NCBI GenBank assembly: GCA_051047955.1 | Contig: JBPGPT010000042.1 | Coordinates: 62,001-115,297, forward strand | Reading direction: 5' to 3' | DNA from: Cystobasidiomycetes sp. EMM_F5 | Taxonomy: Eukaryota | Length of the DNA: 53,297 nucleotides | Shown: piece after piece, positions 24,670 through 38,476 of the stretch | How the letters are laid out: the number at the start of each line of letters is the position of its first letter | Position numbering within the stretch: the first letter of the stretch is position 1 | Translations under genes and position numbers: made by a program | Notes under the pieces: model-generated | Databases searched by the model: none | Seen by the model: only the letters and a program-made list of their open reading frames with translations | What the model was told of the DNA's origin: nothing

Positions 24670-25818
24670 TTATGTACAGAATTCGGTGACAAGATCCACA
24701 AACTCTTTCGGCTTCTCGCTGTGCACTGCAGATGTATATGAGTCGCGTATCAGTATGGCAAGACAAGGCTTATGCAAACATTCTCGCACGTACCCCAGTG
24801 ACCAGCACCTTCGATGACTGCCAATTTGCTATGAAGAAATAACTTTTCTGCCGTTGGGATATTCTTGCGATTGATATATTTGCTGTCTCCTCCCTTGATG
24901 AACAAGGTGGGCTTATCACATATGATGCCGTCATCTGGAGAAATGGGAAAGTCGCCAATGTCTGGTATGGATTTTAGGAGAATGTCGAGCGGGATGCGAA
25001 ATTTGAAGGGAGAAGCGCTATCGATTCTTTGCAGGTTGGTCAGGAGGAATTGTCGCACTGACAAGCTCTGAATAGTCTTCAGCGGGCTGGAAAGTACAGA
25101 TTTTTATTTGATATTTACCTCCTCGAAGTCTTGGAGTATGACATCCGCCTCCTTCTTGCTGCTTACATGAGCATTCTCAACCTTGCGCATTCCGTCAATG
25201 TAGCGCGCGAAATCTGCTGATATGGACCCTCGAGCGGGCGACATGTCGACAATAACGAGCTTTTCAACCCGGTCCGGGTCAATCAAGGCGTGCGCCATGG
25301 CGACCTTGCCTCCCCTAAGAGATACATTGTCAGTACATGCAGGTCGCAGCTCCTACACAGTCATAATGTCTCACATGCTATGACCCATCAGAACAACTTG
25401 ATTCAGCCTTTCCCTCTGCAGGAATGCCTGGATATCGCTGGCGTAGTCCCTGTAGGAAGTGTGGACGTTGTGAGGGCTGCTTCCATGGTTCCGGAGGTCC
25501 TTTGAGAGTTAGCGATATTCATCATTGATTCGAGGTTTATCAGCTTGCATCCCGACACACTCGACGACAAATACGACCAACGAGAGCGTAAACGTCCCGG
25601 CCAGTCCGCGACGCTAGGCTACGGGAAAGAGACCGCCAGTTCTGCTTGCTGCCGTACAAGCCATGCAGGATGACCAGCGGGGACGGTGAACTCGCAGAAG
25701 CTGGTGCAGGATGACGGTCATATGAAAGCTCAACGGGGCCAGTGAATGACAGCGACGAGACGGAGCGAAATTGTGTTGGAGACCGACGAGCCAGCGCAAG
25801 CCGCGGTATTCGATTCAT
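24670..25818 (-). CDS. Mitochondrial alpha/beta hydrolase, ABHD11/Imo32-like
   Basis: LVILHGLYGSKQNWRSL, DLRNHG, nucleophile GHSM|GGKVAM, LVIVDMSP, RQFLLTNL, GAGHW|VHSEKP. Arg/Ser-rich presequence. Confidence 0.9.
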
Positions 25819-25926
25819 AGGGTACTGCGTGTGAAAGACAACAACGAAGGAATACCAACCGACACTGCTACATGATGACTGCGACTCTGGCGAGCTGATA
25901 CTAACGACACCTACTTGCAGAGACTA

Positions 25927-28900
25927 CTATGAAAGATCGAAACCTGCGCCAGAGTTTATGCTTGCTTTCAGCTTCTGTCGAAGCATGTCCGGTGAAGAAT
26001 AGCGAGGCAGTTTGAGCAGACTATCGAGCACATCAAGCTTTCAGCAAGGTAAATTGCCAAGATGGACGAGGAGAAGACCTACTTGACGCAAGTACTCGCT
26101 GTTGGCAAGCGAGTTTCGTCGGGACCACCGTTGGCGATAGCGAATCTTGGATTGAGCTGGCCAAAGCCCAATAGCGGAGGTCGTGGACATGAGGTTGCAA
26201 ATTTGACCAGCGCTTTTCTCTCTTCCGGCGAAAACTCGCTCACGACCTTCCAGAAATATTGCACCGTCTCATGGCTTTCGTTGTAATCTTGCGAATAAAC
26301 AGTGTTATGGCGTAAGTCATCGACATCGATACTAGTCTCCGCTCCACCGACGAGAAGACCAAGCTCGATCTGATTAAACATCCGTAACCACTTGGGATCG
26401 ATGAGATCCGAAAGACCGGAGAAGAAGGCAGCACACTGAGGTGCCACCTGTTTGTTCAGGCGGTAGTCCGAAACGCGATAGATGTACGCTATTCGATTTT
26501 CGTTGGTGACTGCCGTCTCTGCGCCGTTGCGGACCAGCTCTATCGTTTTTGACACGCCAAAATCATCGTCATTGACAGTAAAATTGAGGGACATATCCTT
26601 TTCGACGTCGCCAGCGTAGTTCTTGAGGTCTACAAGACCATGATAAAGATCCGGATCAAAGGACGCTAGATCGTCGACTGAAATCCCGTATCAGCAATGT
26701 ACAAGTATAGCCTAATACTTCGCTTACATCCGCTGGATCTGCCAAGCCATTTGGACAGGAAGAATGGCGCAAAAGGCACGTCGACCAGGATGCCCTCATA
26801 CAACGCTTTGCCCATAACGCGTCCAAGAAACGCATACCACTGTAGCTGGAAAGCTGTTATGCAAACGCTCAGCTGTGTCAAATGCAACGCTGCCGATACA
26901 GCTGGGCAGCTTACCTTCCCGCGAATACGACGTTGCAGTCGGATACAGTTCACGATTCGATGTTTCGAGCCACAGCCCTCGATTGATATCGAATGCTTCC
27001 TTAGATAGGCTTCGCACATACTTTGATCTTAGCGTTGTTTTCCGGCATGCAATCAATGTGAAAGGCTTACTCTGTCAAGAATTCCTTAAACAGACCCCCT
27101 CCATCAATACCTGCTTCTTCCTGACCGTACTGATCGATAAACTGTATGGCAAGCCGTTCTTTCAAACGGCTGCCTAGCGGATTAAGCGCAGAGAAACCGT
27201 CGTCCGCTACGTGGCCTCTTCGTATCCGGGCAGCGGACGCTGCGAATGGCCGTCTGTCCAGTATGCCGCTCCGCTGCTTATCGTTGGCGATGAATTGCTG
27301 GAAGATGGATACGCGGATGCCGAACGGAATGACAAATGGGACTGAGAGTGTCACGAACTTTAGTAGGCTGACAACTAGCTCTGTCGATGCGGTGCTTACT
27401 ATTATTCAGTACACCCAGTCTGGGACTTAGCCTGCTCATCACTGCCTTGCTAGGCACGTTCCGGCGATACGTAGCGAGCGGACGAGGCATCTCGTCATCG
27501 CTGTCCACTTCCATTCGCCCACTCCCACTGGCTCCCATATTCGCCATTGCGATATCCGACTCCATAGATTGTTCGTCCAGGATGGTGGTCTCTACAAAGT
27601 TACGAAGCTCTGCTTGAGACACCATGATCCAGTGATTTGGAGGCGTAAAGTTGCGTCGCGAACTGCAATTAAGATACGATGTCAGTCACGTATCCTAAAA
27701 TATCGAGAACGGTGGCAGCTCACTCTCGCACGTAAAGCATCTGTAAGAGGTTGGTAGCCAGTTTTCGTAGTGCCTCGAGCGGAACCTTGGTATTCGCGAC
27801 GTGATTATGCTGGCCGCTCTTATCACGTAGACTATCCGGCTGCCAATATAACGCAAAAGCGACATTTCTGAACAGAGTAGACAGGCCAACAACCTCGTCG
27901 ATAGAGAGCGGATTGCGTGCTCCAATATGCTGAGTCGTTGAACGAGCATTCGCTGACGGAGGCGGAACTGACGATGCGAAAAATTCATCGTCACCAAGGG
28001 TAAGCAGTGTCCTCACGTATAATTCGGCAAGGAGGATGAGATGTGGCCAGTCGTCGACGAACGATATGTTTGACATGGTAGACAGTACGGCCGCCGTAGA
28101 TGACGTCCCGCTCTTGCCTGCCGTAGCTGCTGACAGAGCACGCGAAAGAGGCGAAGAACGGACATAGCCTCTCCATAATTCGCGCAGTAAGCCGCCAGAA
28201 GCTCGTGTAGCGCTCGCAGAAGAATAGACGAGCGTATTGACCATATTCTCCCGCTGAGAGGGCCAGGCGTACAGTAGGGATACGAGGAATGCAGACAGAG
28301 CAGGTCGAGATGATGCGGAATACATGTTCGAGAGAGCAATCAGGGGCGAGAGGAAGGTGTCGCTTGAAATTGTCGATAGCGTATTTGTGACGGCAGGATC
28401 TATCGCCGCAGCCTTGCTACCGAGACTTTCAGAAGTCGATCGTGCATCCTGCATCTCCACATCGTCCGCTCCGTCCAGCGTCAGATCAATGACAGTCTTG
28501 TCACGCGACGGCGTGGTCAGTGCGTCCGCCGGTATAGCATCCGTGCATGCGGACAACGCAGCGAGGAGTGCAATGTAGTCTTTGGCGCTTCTCGGACCTG
28601 GTTGTACGGTTTGCGAATTTGGCGTTTGTACTTTGCTTGTACTGGCTGCTGGCGGAGGTACAACGAGACGAGGTTTGCAGAGTAGTATCAGATTTGATAA
28701 TAGGCTGGCGATGCGCTGTATATTGTCGTTTCGTCTGAGCAAGTCTTGTACGGCACTCGGTATTTCCGTGATGATATCCCAGAATGCCAACTTTGCATTT
28801 GGGCCGATGAGGTTGGCCAGTGCGGAAGTGGGTAGACGAGCGGATGGAGGACTAGATAGCAGTCGAGGTATGGTGAGAATCTCGGTCAAGAAAGGTTGTG

Positions 28901-29709
28901 ATGCAATATCACTCCGCTGATTCAGCAGGCCGATGAATATGGCAACGCATGGAGACAGAGTGATTGCGGGAAGTTTGGTTTGTGAGAGGATGTGCTGGCG
29001 AACGTGTGAATATGCATCATGCGCTAGGAGTGTAGTAGCTATTTGGGTTGCGTATGTTTGTCGCAACGATGCTGGTATATCAAGGGTGGCATATTTGGCT
29101 GGATCGAGTAGTTGCTTGACCAATTCGAGATATAAAAAGTTGGACGGGGATCTGTGGAGTAAGCAAGGCGCTCAGCTGAATGCTTTTAAAGATGGCTTTA
29201 GCAGGTTCTGACATACTTTGGGTCAACTGCCGTATGCCGCAGCAGTATGACGGTCAATCGTCGGATAACCTGGCACCAGCGATAGAGGGAGTCATTCTGC
29301 GGTATGCTAGCGTCCTCGTCTGCGCGATGGAGCACTTGGAATGTATGGAACAGGTCAATGACGGGCTTCCCTGTGGCGACCATCCTCGCCCATTTCGCCA
29401 GTCTTTCATTGTCTGATGTATTGCGTTGCCTGTACACGAATGCGAGCCTCACAGCTGAGCCCAAGAGTAGCTGAGCGTGCTCCAGTTCCTGCGTCGCCGT
29501 CTGGATGGCCTGCTCGAGCAATACATCCAATTCCGACCGTACGGCCTGTCGAAACGCGGCTGCCTCTCTGCGGGACCTGTAGAATGACTGTATACGCCGT
29601 GCGTGAGCGTCCAGACGTCGCTGCTGTTGGCGATACTGCCGTTCTGCCCGAGCTCGTTGGGCGACATTATCCGTCGACGATGACGCGGTTGCGGATATCG
29701 CGGTACTCT

Positions 29710-29743
<34 letters not shown>

Positions 29744-29812
29744 GACTCGTGCACTCCCGCCCAGGTTGATGGCTCGCCGTGACCTCGTCTGCCCTTCAAA
29801 CGAGGTGAGCAT
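25927..29812 (-). CDS. HUL5: HECT-type E3 ubiquitin ligase (Hul5/UBE3C-like, N-terminal IQ motif)
   Basis: [100 protein letters not shown]. Confidence 0.92.
29711..29742. repeat. (CGA)~10 microsatellite encoding poly-Ser in the HECT ligase N-terminus
   Basis: cgacgacgac... run read directly; the minus strand gives (TCG)n = Ser run. Confidence 0.9.
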
Positions 29813-29918
29813 GGTTTGTGAAGATGTTGGCAATAAGCCAACTGAAAGAGATGGAAATTATAATGGACAACTGGAGATTGTAATCTGGACACACTGCACA
29901 TTCGTTCAAGAATCCAAC

Positions 29919-31221
29919 ATGTCGTCGGATTGCAATCCAGTCCTCAGCGACGCATACGCTGTCCTGGCCATTTCCGACCATGTCTCACTAAACACACAGG
30001 GAATACATTCACTCGCACAGCGATTCACCTCCTCCACTTCTACACCCTCCATTCATCTTCCCCAGGCAGACGAGTGGGCACGCAGTCCCCTCCATCCCAC
30101 CCCATCACTCCGAACACCCAAAGAGGTATGCGACTGGGTATTCCTAGTCTCCCTGCTCAACTTTAGCTTCTGGAGCGAGTTGGACGACGAGCACAGGTAT
30201 GCCGTGCGGTGGAGGTGTGGTGTTGATGGGAAAGGTCAAAGTGAGAGTGATCTTATGCATGGGAGGGGCAACTTGAAGGATTGGAAAGGATACTGGGCAC
30301 TACCGGCTGCTGTCAATCGAGCGCTCGAAGATGGCATACCCATCACTAATCCACATTACTGGACATCAGCAACAGAGGATGACATTGCCCACGTATTTCG
30401 GCCTTCCCCAGGTTCATGCGAAGCCATACCGCTACTCTCTGAGCGGGTGCGCATGTTGCGGGAGACTGGGACGATACTGTGTAGAGTAAGTTGTACAGAA
30501 TGCATAAGCTGGAGCAGCGTCTAATGTTGTAATATAGGATTGGTCTGGCAGTTTCTACAATCTACTGCAAAGCAGCGAGCCACGATACGACGCTTTGTCG
30601 ATTGTAAAAATGGTAGTGTCTACTCTTCCAGCTTTTCGTGACGAGTCTATCCATCCAAAGATCGGGCGGGGTGAGGGGTACAAGTGCAGATGTGTGAGAG
30701 ATGAATCGGCTGAATGTACTTTCACCACAGTTCGGCTGTGGAAGCGTGCACAGATCCTGGTCGCTGAGCTATGGGCTGCGTTTGCGTCGGCAGCGGATGT
30801 CGTGTCCTCCGATGGCTTGTCGGTCTATGCACACATCAGCAACATCTCCTCCCTGACCATGTTTGCAGACTAGTGGGTCATGACATTGCACGCTGATATA
30901 TTGGCTGACAATATTATATCCAGTCGCGTCCCTCAGATCCTCCACGACCTCTCCCTCATTACCTACTCTGCCCATCTCCACTCTGTCCTCTCCTCCAAAA
31001 CGCTGCTCGAGAATGGGAGCACGCTGGAGCTGTCTATTCGATGTGCGTCTATCGTGGCCGTCGAGGAGCTGCGACGGGCCATCGTGCAGGCGAGCAGCGA
31101 CAACGCTGCAGAGGTGAATGCCGTTCTCCTCGACTTTTGGCTGTGGAACGAAGCCAAGACGAGGGAACGAGACGGGGCGAGTCGGGTAGAGTGTCATCGT
31201 GTGCGGAGTGTGTGGTACTAG
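29919..31221 (+). CDS. QNG1: Queuosine 5'-phosphate N-glycosylase / queuosine salvage protein (DUF2419)
   Basis: DWVFLVSLLNFSFW, WKGYWALPAAVNRALEDGIPIT, IPLLSER, FRDES, LWKRAQILVAELW, TMFADY|RVPQIL, ELSIR, VLLDFWLW, HRVRSVWY*. Confidence 0.93.
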
Positions 31222-31590
31222 CGATGTCTTTAACAAAAGCTGCCTAATCTACGCGTCCATGTGGGTATTATGTTTACATGCCTTGCCTGTTGCCACGCTT
31301 GCCACTGTCTTGCCCCGAGGAGACCTCTCTTCCATACACCAACAGGAGCTAGAACAACATACGAGTGAGCAGCCATTACAAGTTATAAACAACTCACTAC
31401 ACTGCCGACTGACTTATGAATCCGGAATGTGCGCTTGTTTACAGCCTCGGCGGTGAAGGCTGAGAGACTTGGAAAGAAAGAACGAAAGAATAGAGAGAGA
31501 AAGAAACGGCGTTGGAGGGAGGATACTTGGATATCCAGGATACTCAACAAGTCACTCCAAGACACTCCACCCACTTCAAACCACCTCGAG

Positions 31591-34211
31591 ATGTCGGGCT
31601 CATCGACGCGCCCTTTTCAATCTCAGACCCATCCCAACCCATACGACACAGCCAACAACAGCGGACTCGTCTCGCCGCAGCCAGTGCTGAGGGTGGACAA
31701 CGACCCGTTCACGCCGTCGTCGGGCGCGCAGCAGCATCCACGCTCGTCGGCAGACTTTTACGCAATGGACCGGCAAAACTACGCGTACGACAGCATCGAC
31801 AACCAGCACAATGGCTACGGCGACACGAGCACAGAGTACAATCCACACCACTACAACCCAGCCAATCAGTACCCCCCAGGCTCGCCAGACTTGCACTCGA
31901 CGCACACTGGGGGGCTAAACGACTCTACCGCGTTTTTGAATGCAGACGCCAGGCAGACCAACAACAGTCGCATCTTCAACAACCAGGAAGCCTCCTACTC
32001 CAACGACAAGTTTATAGGCGCAGATGGCCCACCCTCGCACATGCTCCGCAATAAAGGGTACCCTGTAGCAGCGGCAGCAGGTCTGGCAGGCAGCTCTGGC
32101 AAACGAGGCGGTGCGGGTAGAGCAGGCGCTCGTTCAAATCGCAAGCGATGGCTCATCGGTGGTGGTGTCGTCCTGCTCGTCGTGATTGCCGCCGGAGTCG
32201 CAGGAGGGGTCATTGCGTCGCGTAAATCGTCCTCGTCCTCGTCTAGCAACAATGCAGGAATCGCAAGCACCGATGCCGGAAAAGGGTCTGGATCAAACAC
32301 AGTCGCAGCTATCCAAGACTCTGCGCTGCGAGGAGGTAATGGAACGGTAATCACAATGGAAAATGGAACGACTTTTACCTACACGAACAATTTTGGAGGA
32401 TACTGGGTATCGACACCGTTTGACGATTCAGCACGACCAAACTCGTGGACGCCTCCGCTGAACCAGTCGTGGGACTACACCAACAACAAGTAAGCACCCA
32501 TGACCACTCTCACACTCTGTAGACCTCCCCTAAACAACGTCTTTTTTTGGCCACAGAATATGGGGAGTGAATATCGGAGGGTGGCTCGTAACGGAACCTT
32601 TTATCGTGCCAGGCCTATTTGAGCCGTACGAGAATGACTCTTCCCCCGCTATCGACGAGTACACTTTGATGCAAAAGTATGGCGATCAGGCCGTCGCGAG
32701 AATGACGCAGCACTACGAGACGTTTATTGTAGGTCACTCGCATCGTACTACTCCATGAGGACTTACTGACATTTTCTTATTCTCAGACTGAAGAAGACTT
32801 TGCTCAGATTGCTGGAGCAGGTCTGTCATGGGTCCGCATCGGATTCCCATTCTGGGCTGTAGAGACGATTGATGGCGAACCGTTCGTCGAGGGCTTAGCG
32901 TGGAAGTACTTCTTGAAAGCCATCACATGGTGCCGCAAATATGGTATCCGAATCAATCTCGACTTGCACGCTGTACCAGGCTCGCAAAACGGATGGAACC
33001 ACTCTGGTAAATTTGGGGGCATCAATTTCTTGAATGGAACAATGGGCGTCGTCAATGCTCAACGTACGCTCAACTATATCCGCACATTGACGGAATTTAT
33101 CAACCAACCGCAATACAAGAATGTCATACCCATGTTTTCAATCATCAACGAACCCATGGGTGCGACGATTGGTAATTCAACACTCCGAGAGTGGTATATT
33201 GAGGCGTACAAGGTCATCCGAGGCATCACTGGCACAGGTGCTGGAAATGGACCCTTCATTACCATTCACGATGCCTTTGTAGGGCTGCCGGCCTATGCGG
33301 GCTTCATGGCCGGTGCAGACAGAGTAGCGCTCGACCAGCACAACTACCTCGCTTTCGACTTGCCAAACAATGACTCTATCCAATATGATGCAACCAAGCC
33401 ATGCGAATACTGGGCAGCAAATTATAATCGTTCAAATGTCGAATTTGGCCTATCCTTCTCTGGAGAATGGTCACTCGCCATCAATGACTGCGGCTCATAC
33501 ATCAACAACGTTGGCAATGGACCAAGATACGACGGTACCTACATTGCTCCAGGCACGACGACACCGCGCTTCAAGGCGGCCGGAACCTGCGGAACGTGGA
33601 ATGATTGGCGAAACTGGGATCAGACCCGTAAACTTGCATACCAGCAAGTAGCGTACGCCCACATGGACGCCACTCAGAACTGGTTCTTCTGGACATGGAA
33701 GATTGGTAACAGCATCAAGACTGGTCTGCCCGTCAACCCGATGTGGTCGATGAAACTCGGTCTGCAACAGGGCTACTTCCCGAAAGACCCTCGAGGTTAC
33801 TATGGAACATGCAACAGAGTCGTCAACACACCAGGATATAACGTCCTGCCCATGCCTACCGATCTCGCATTCACAGCTTTCCCGTCGCCCTGGATGACGG
33901 GCGGAGCCGGCGCAGGTACGATCGCGGCCACCCAACTAGCACAATATGGTCAATGGCCACCTGTGACGGTCAATGGCGTGCCAACAGCTACGAATTTGCC
34001 AAGATATACAGCGACAGGAAAGCCTATCACTTTGTCGGCATCTACACCCTCGGCATACCCGAGTGCCGCATCAACAACCATTTCACCTGGCAATGGATGG
34101 GCAAATAAGAATGACACAGCAGGTTACTACGCTCCGGCCTCTGCGTGCTCCTACACCCTTCCCTATAGCGGTGTCTACCAACCAGTCCCCACCGCACCTT
34201 GTATTTCATAA
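31591..34211 (+). CDS. GH5 exo-beta-1,3-glucanase, type II membrane-anchored (ExgD-like)
   Basis: Disordered N-terminus, TM helix WLIGGGVVLLVVIAAGVAGGVIA, GVNIGGWLVTEPFI, DLHAVPGSQNGWNHSG, acid/base INEP and nucleophile SGEWS. Confidence 0.93.
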
Positions 34212-34590
34212 ACAATTGGTACCGCATCAGCCGCTCCTCTACGGACACTCCTTCGTCAAGCCGGCGTCTTGCTTGCATTCTCGAATCGCGGGCCTGCACA
34301 GCCTGAAACGGACACTTTTGCTCAGAGTAGTTTCACGCTGTTTGTATTTTGAAGACCATGACAGCCATAACTGTTCTGTTGTTACATTACTTGACGTTCG
34401 TTTTACGTCTATCTAGACCTTGCATCAGTTGCAGTGTGTAATGCATGATACAGTATCTCAGCTCACTACGAACGTCAAATGAAATGAGGTGTTCCTCGCG
34501 ATTGTGCAATGACATTGATTTACGCACATCTACCAAGACATAGTGCTCAAGACCTTCCAGACTAAATGCAACTCGCAATAAAATGTTGTA

Positions 34591-37500
34591 TCACGCTGCT
34601 GTAACTGTCGGCCTACGATGCAGACTCTCCCGCGCGACCTTTAATTTCAGCCTGCTCTGCTTGACCCTATCCCTCTTGGTGACCGGTCTGCGACCTTTCT
34701 GGAGGTAATTGCTGGGTATCAATAATCTCTGCGATGGCATTACATTGACAGATACTGGTGCCATCGATATGCTGCTTTTGTAGATACCAGATCGGACCGA
34801 TTGCTTCTTCGATGGTGGAGAGCTTACTGGGATGCCCCTTTGACTAGCCTCAGGCCGACTTGCCAGTCCGGCTGACGAGGAGGGCCGCGGCAAGGCAGCT
34901 GCAGCCATTGTCTCTGTGCGCCTGCTTTTGGCAGCTAGCAGTCTAGTCAATTTGGTAATAAACCATGGCTTCGTTCTGTTGAAAGTGGTACAATGAGAAA
35001 ATGGGAAGCGTCGTAACAACTCAGAATTCTCTCGGGCATTTACTCGTTAAGTCAGGAACTCACCTGTACGTAATGCCGGGGACAGGGAAGAAGTTCCTAA
35101 AGTATTTGCCAGGGTCTTTGTTTTGTAGCTCTATTGCTTCTTGGAGAGTCCAGCCAGTTTTGGTGCACACAGCTATCTCCTCATCTGACAGCCCCTCAGG
35201 CAGCACGACCCCCTTGTTAAAGACAGACTGCTTTTTATAAATTGACTGCAAGAGTGCTCTGTTGTGCTCGACATCCAGGTTGGTCTTGTACTTTGCAATG
35301 ACAGTCCATGAAGGGACTGCGTGCATCGCCTCTGCATGCCTATGTTGCAATGCAGAATCGCTGTCGGCATGGGAGTCTCGTCGATCGCCAGCGGAAGATG
35401 AGCCATGAGAGTCAAGGCTTCGGAAGTCTACATCCTCCTGGGCATCCAGTACCTCACCATTCAGACAATTAGTCAACCCTATTTCGTATGAGGCTAGCGG
35501 AAGCCTGCTAGCCTTATCGTGAACTATGATAGTGACGGTATGTAGTTCGGAATTTGCCATCAAGTTTAGGCCAAGAGTCCGCCCGGGAAAGGTTGACACG
35601 ATTCTGTTGACCATCTGTTCGAAAATGGCAACGCATAAGGCGAACGCTTGCGAGGATTCTTCGTGACTCCCGCTGATCAATTCGTCGATGTCCTTTAGCG
35701 GCATATACTCAAAGCCAAACATAGTCGAGATGGAGTGATAGGCAATGAATATTCCATCCATATTTCCAATCCGTACTTGCATTGAATACTTGAGAAAGGC
35801 AGACCGCACCAAATCGTACTTTTCGCGTTCGAAGCTCGATAATGAGCCATGGCCTTTCGTTATCCGGTAGTCCGATGCGGATTCATGATTTAATTGATCA
35901 TAGCGGATAGCCACTGTAGCCCTGGTTTTGACGTCGAATGTTTTCTTTCGGAGATGCGGGGACCAACAATCTAGCTGGGATCGCATCACCATCGATGGCG
36001 TCTAACAGTTTCGCAATCAGCGGTTGTGCATTTCTTCATAACATCAAAGCTCGCTCACTGCCGAGTAATGGTAGGCTTCCCGCTTGTCCCGACTTTCTTC
36101 CAGAGATATCGGGTCCGCAGAATCTTTCCTGTACCGCTCGAAATGCGACATTTCGCATGTTAATAGTTTTTCGAACACGTGACCCATGTCAGAAAGAACA
36201 TTCGTTGACTTCATCTCGTTCGGTGTATCTTTGTCCGCATTTATCAAGTAGGTACCGTCACCAGTCAGGACCAGCACGATAGAAACTGGCACTTGAATAC
36301 TTTTGGTAAAACTTCGAGGCTAGACGTACAAACTTGTGAGAAACGTTCGATGGGTTATGCAATGTACATACCATATCGACAAAATGTTCCGTTTGTGTAT
36401 TAAGCAGCTTGCGGCCATTCAGCGCAAAGTAGATCTGAGAGAATGCGCTAGTCAGACTGCATGCGTTGATAACATGGCATACATTAGCTCTCGTGATCCC
36501 CTGCCGCTCATTATGACATGAATGACACGGAAACATACCTCGATGTGCTACCCGCAAACCTCCGCCCAGACGTTTTCAGAAGGGTCGACAGTTCCTCGTC
36601 GTCACTTGGTCTGACGAATCTTGCAAGTTTGGTAAAGTCAAAATCCTCCCTCTTGAGCGGTTTCTGCAGGTACGATGCAAAGTTGAAGTTGCCCGATGTT
36701 GGCCGTTGAAGCCAATGGATGCCAGGATTGTGCAAGGTTTTGTGTAGGTCGTGAGCAAGCTGAGGAATTCGGTCTCTGCGTAGAGTAAACAGTGGGTCTA
36801 TCGCGACAGCCGATGCATAAACTACGAAGGATGAGTCTGGGTTGTCAGACTCCGTCTTTGCTTGTTCATCCACGAGCCGGCGACGGACTTTCGGAAGTGT
36901 GATCTGAGCATTTTCGCTCTGTTGTGACTTGGTATTCGAGTTGTGAAACTGGGATACAGACTGCACTCCAGCTTGTGAACCACTACCCGCTGCTCCGGTG
37001 CCAGCGCGGCGCGAAGCCAATCTGGCTCGGGCTTTCTCGGTTCTAAGTGAGGCCTCTTCGTTCGATAGGACTTTGATACGGATGGGAATATAGCCAGTGT
37101 AACGAGCCGTCATACGAGGCGGCCTCGGCCGATTCGGATCGCGAGTAGCATTAGAGACGTGTCGATTGTGTCTGCCGACCTGTTGACTATCCGCTTGTTG
37201 ACTGTACACTTGTTGGCTGTCGACCTCTTGGTTGTTCAGCGCTTGGCTCTGCACCTCCTGCCTCTCCACCTGTTGGCTGCCGACCTGTGGGTTGTCCGCA
37301 TGTTGGCGGTTGACTTGTTTCCTATTTACTTGTTGGCTGTCCACCGGTTGACTCTCCACCTTTGGACTTTCCATTTTTGGACTCTGCACCTTTTGACTGT
37401 CCACCAGCTGACTTCCCTCCTGCTGACTGTCTACGGGTTTTGTCCTAGACCATGGTGCCTTTGACGACGCATACTGCCATACTTCCTCCGGCATAGAATG

Positions 37501-38325
37501 CCTTTCCATCGATTTCTCCTCTGTACGATTCCCCGGCTGGCCGACATCGGTCGATTTTGTCGACGATGAATTGGGTGAGGAGGGCGTTTCCTGTCTTTGT
37601 GACAGAGTGCTGACCAAACTTCTAAATGACAGTCTCTGTGAGGTAGATTCTGCAGCTGATTCCGACGATAGTGGGGCATTGAGTGTGGCATCCTCTGCGG
37701 TTTCTGCCCCGTTATGCAAGGGACGCTTGTCGACATGAGGTCGTTGACGTCTTCTGCTGGAAAAGCAGCGGTAGTCCAAGTGGCGTGTGAGGAGTTTTAT
37801 CGGGTGAGCTTTCGTGTGAATCAGCTGTAAAGGAGTCATGCCCGTCATATTGGACATCTCTCGCTTTTGCGAGTGTAATATAAATCTAGACGAGCGTCTT
37901 GTTAGAGTCAGCGAGCCTGAAGTTGGCGTAGCCGATGTCTGGAGTGTTGACGTAGGGTATGATGGGTGACCCTGTTCCAGCAAGTCGAGCGAGCTGTAGC
38001 CCGGCCTCATGCTTGATGATACATCGCGCAACTCGGTGAACGATGTCGCATCTCGTCGCTTGAAGTTTCCAGACATTCCCACCGTTTCTTGCGATATTTT
38101 GAAACTGCCTTCAATACGAGCGTCCTGACTTATGGCCAGCCTGGCGCTCCTCCTACTCTTGACGGGGTTTCCATACGTCTCCAATGCCGCCGTCGATGTG
38201 GACGCCCTGCTGTCCACTGCGTAGAATTGGGCATAGGTTGCAGAATTGGACATCGAGGAGGCTGTTGATGCGATGCGCTGGCAGACGAGGCATGGCGTGG
38301 TGCGGACATGGCTGAGCAGCGACAT
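34591..38325 (-). CDS. PET127: Mitochondrial RNA 5'-processing protein Pet127 with long N-terminal extension
   Basis: IPQLAHDLHKTLHNPGIHWLQ, RFVRPSDD, FAGSTS, VLSDMGHVFEKLLT, VMRSQLDC, TFDVKTRA, SFEREKYDLVRSAFLKYSMQVRIGNMDGIFIAYH. Confidence 0.92.
37168..37437 (-). repeat. Degenerate 15-bp coding minisatellite, 18 units, consensus peptide (Q/P)VDSQ
   Basis: PVDSQ QEGSQ LVDSQ KVQSP KMESP KVESQ PVDSQ QVNRK QVNRQ HADNP QVGSQ QVERQ EVQSQ ALNNQ EVDSQ QVYSQ QADSQ QVGRH within PET127. Confidence 0.85.
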
Positions 38326-38476
38326 GCTATGACCAGTATTGTCGCCGTTTGGAGCAAAAGAAACAGGTATTCGAGTAATTTAATGGCATGGCTTGGAGCA
38401 ACTCCAACTTGAACAACCTGCTCGGCCAGTCTGGACGCCGAGTACCTGTTCGTTAATACTCTACAATCCCGCAACC

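Noticed and set aside
29416..29901. Alternative-frame ORFs with poly-Arg or poly-Thr
   Set aside because: These are by-products of the (CGA)n microsatellite in the HECT ligase exon.
1..31221. Three tRNA-modification genes (DUS1, TAD3, QNG1) in one window as a functional cluster
   Set aside because: They are ~13-14 kb apart and separated by many unrelated housekeeping genes, which is compatible with chance.
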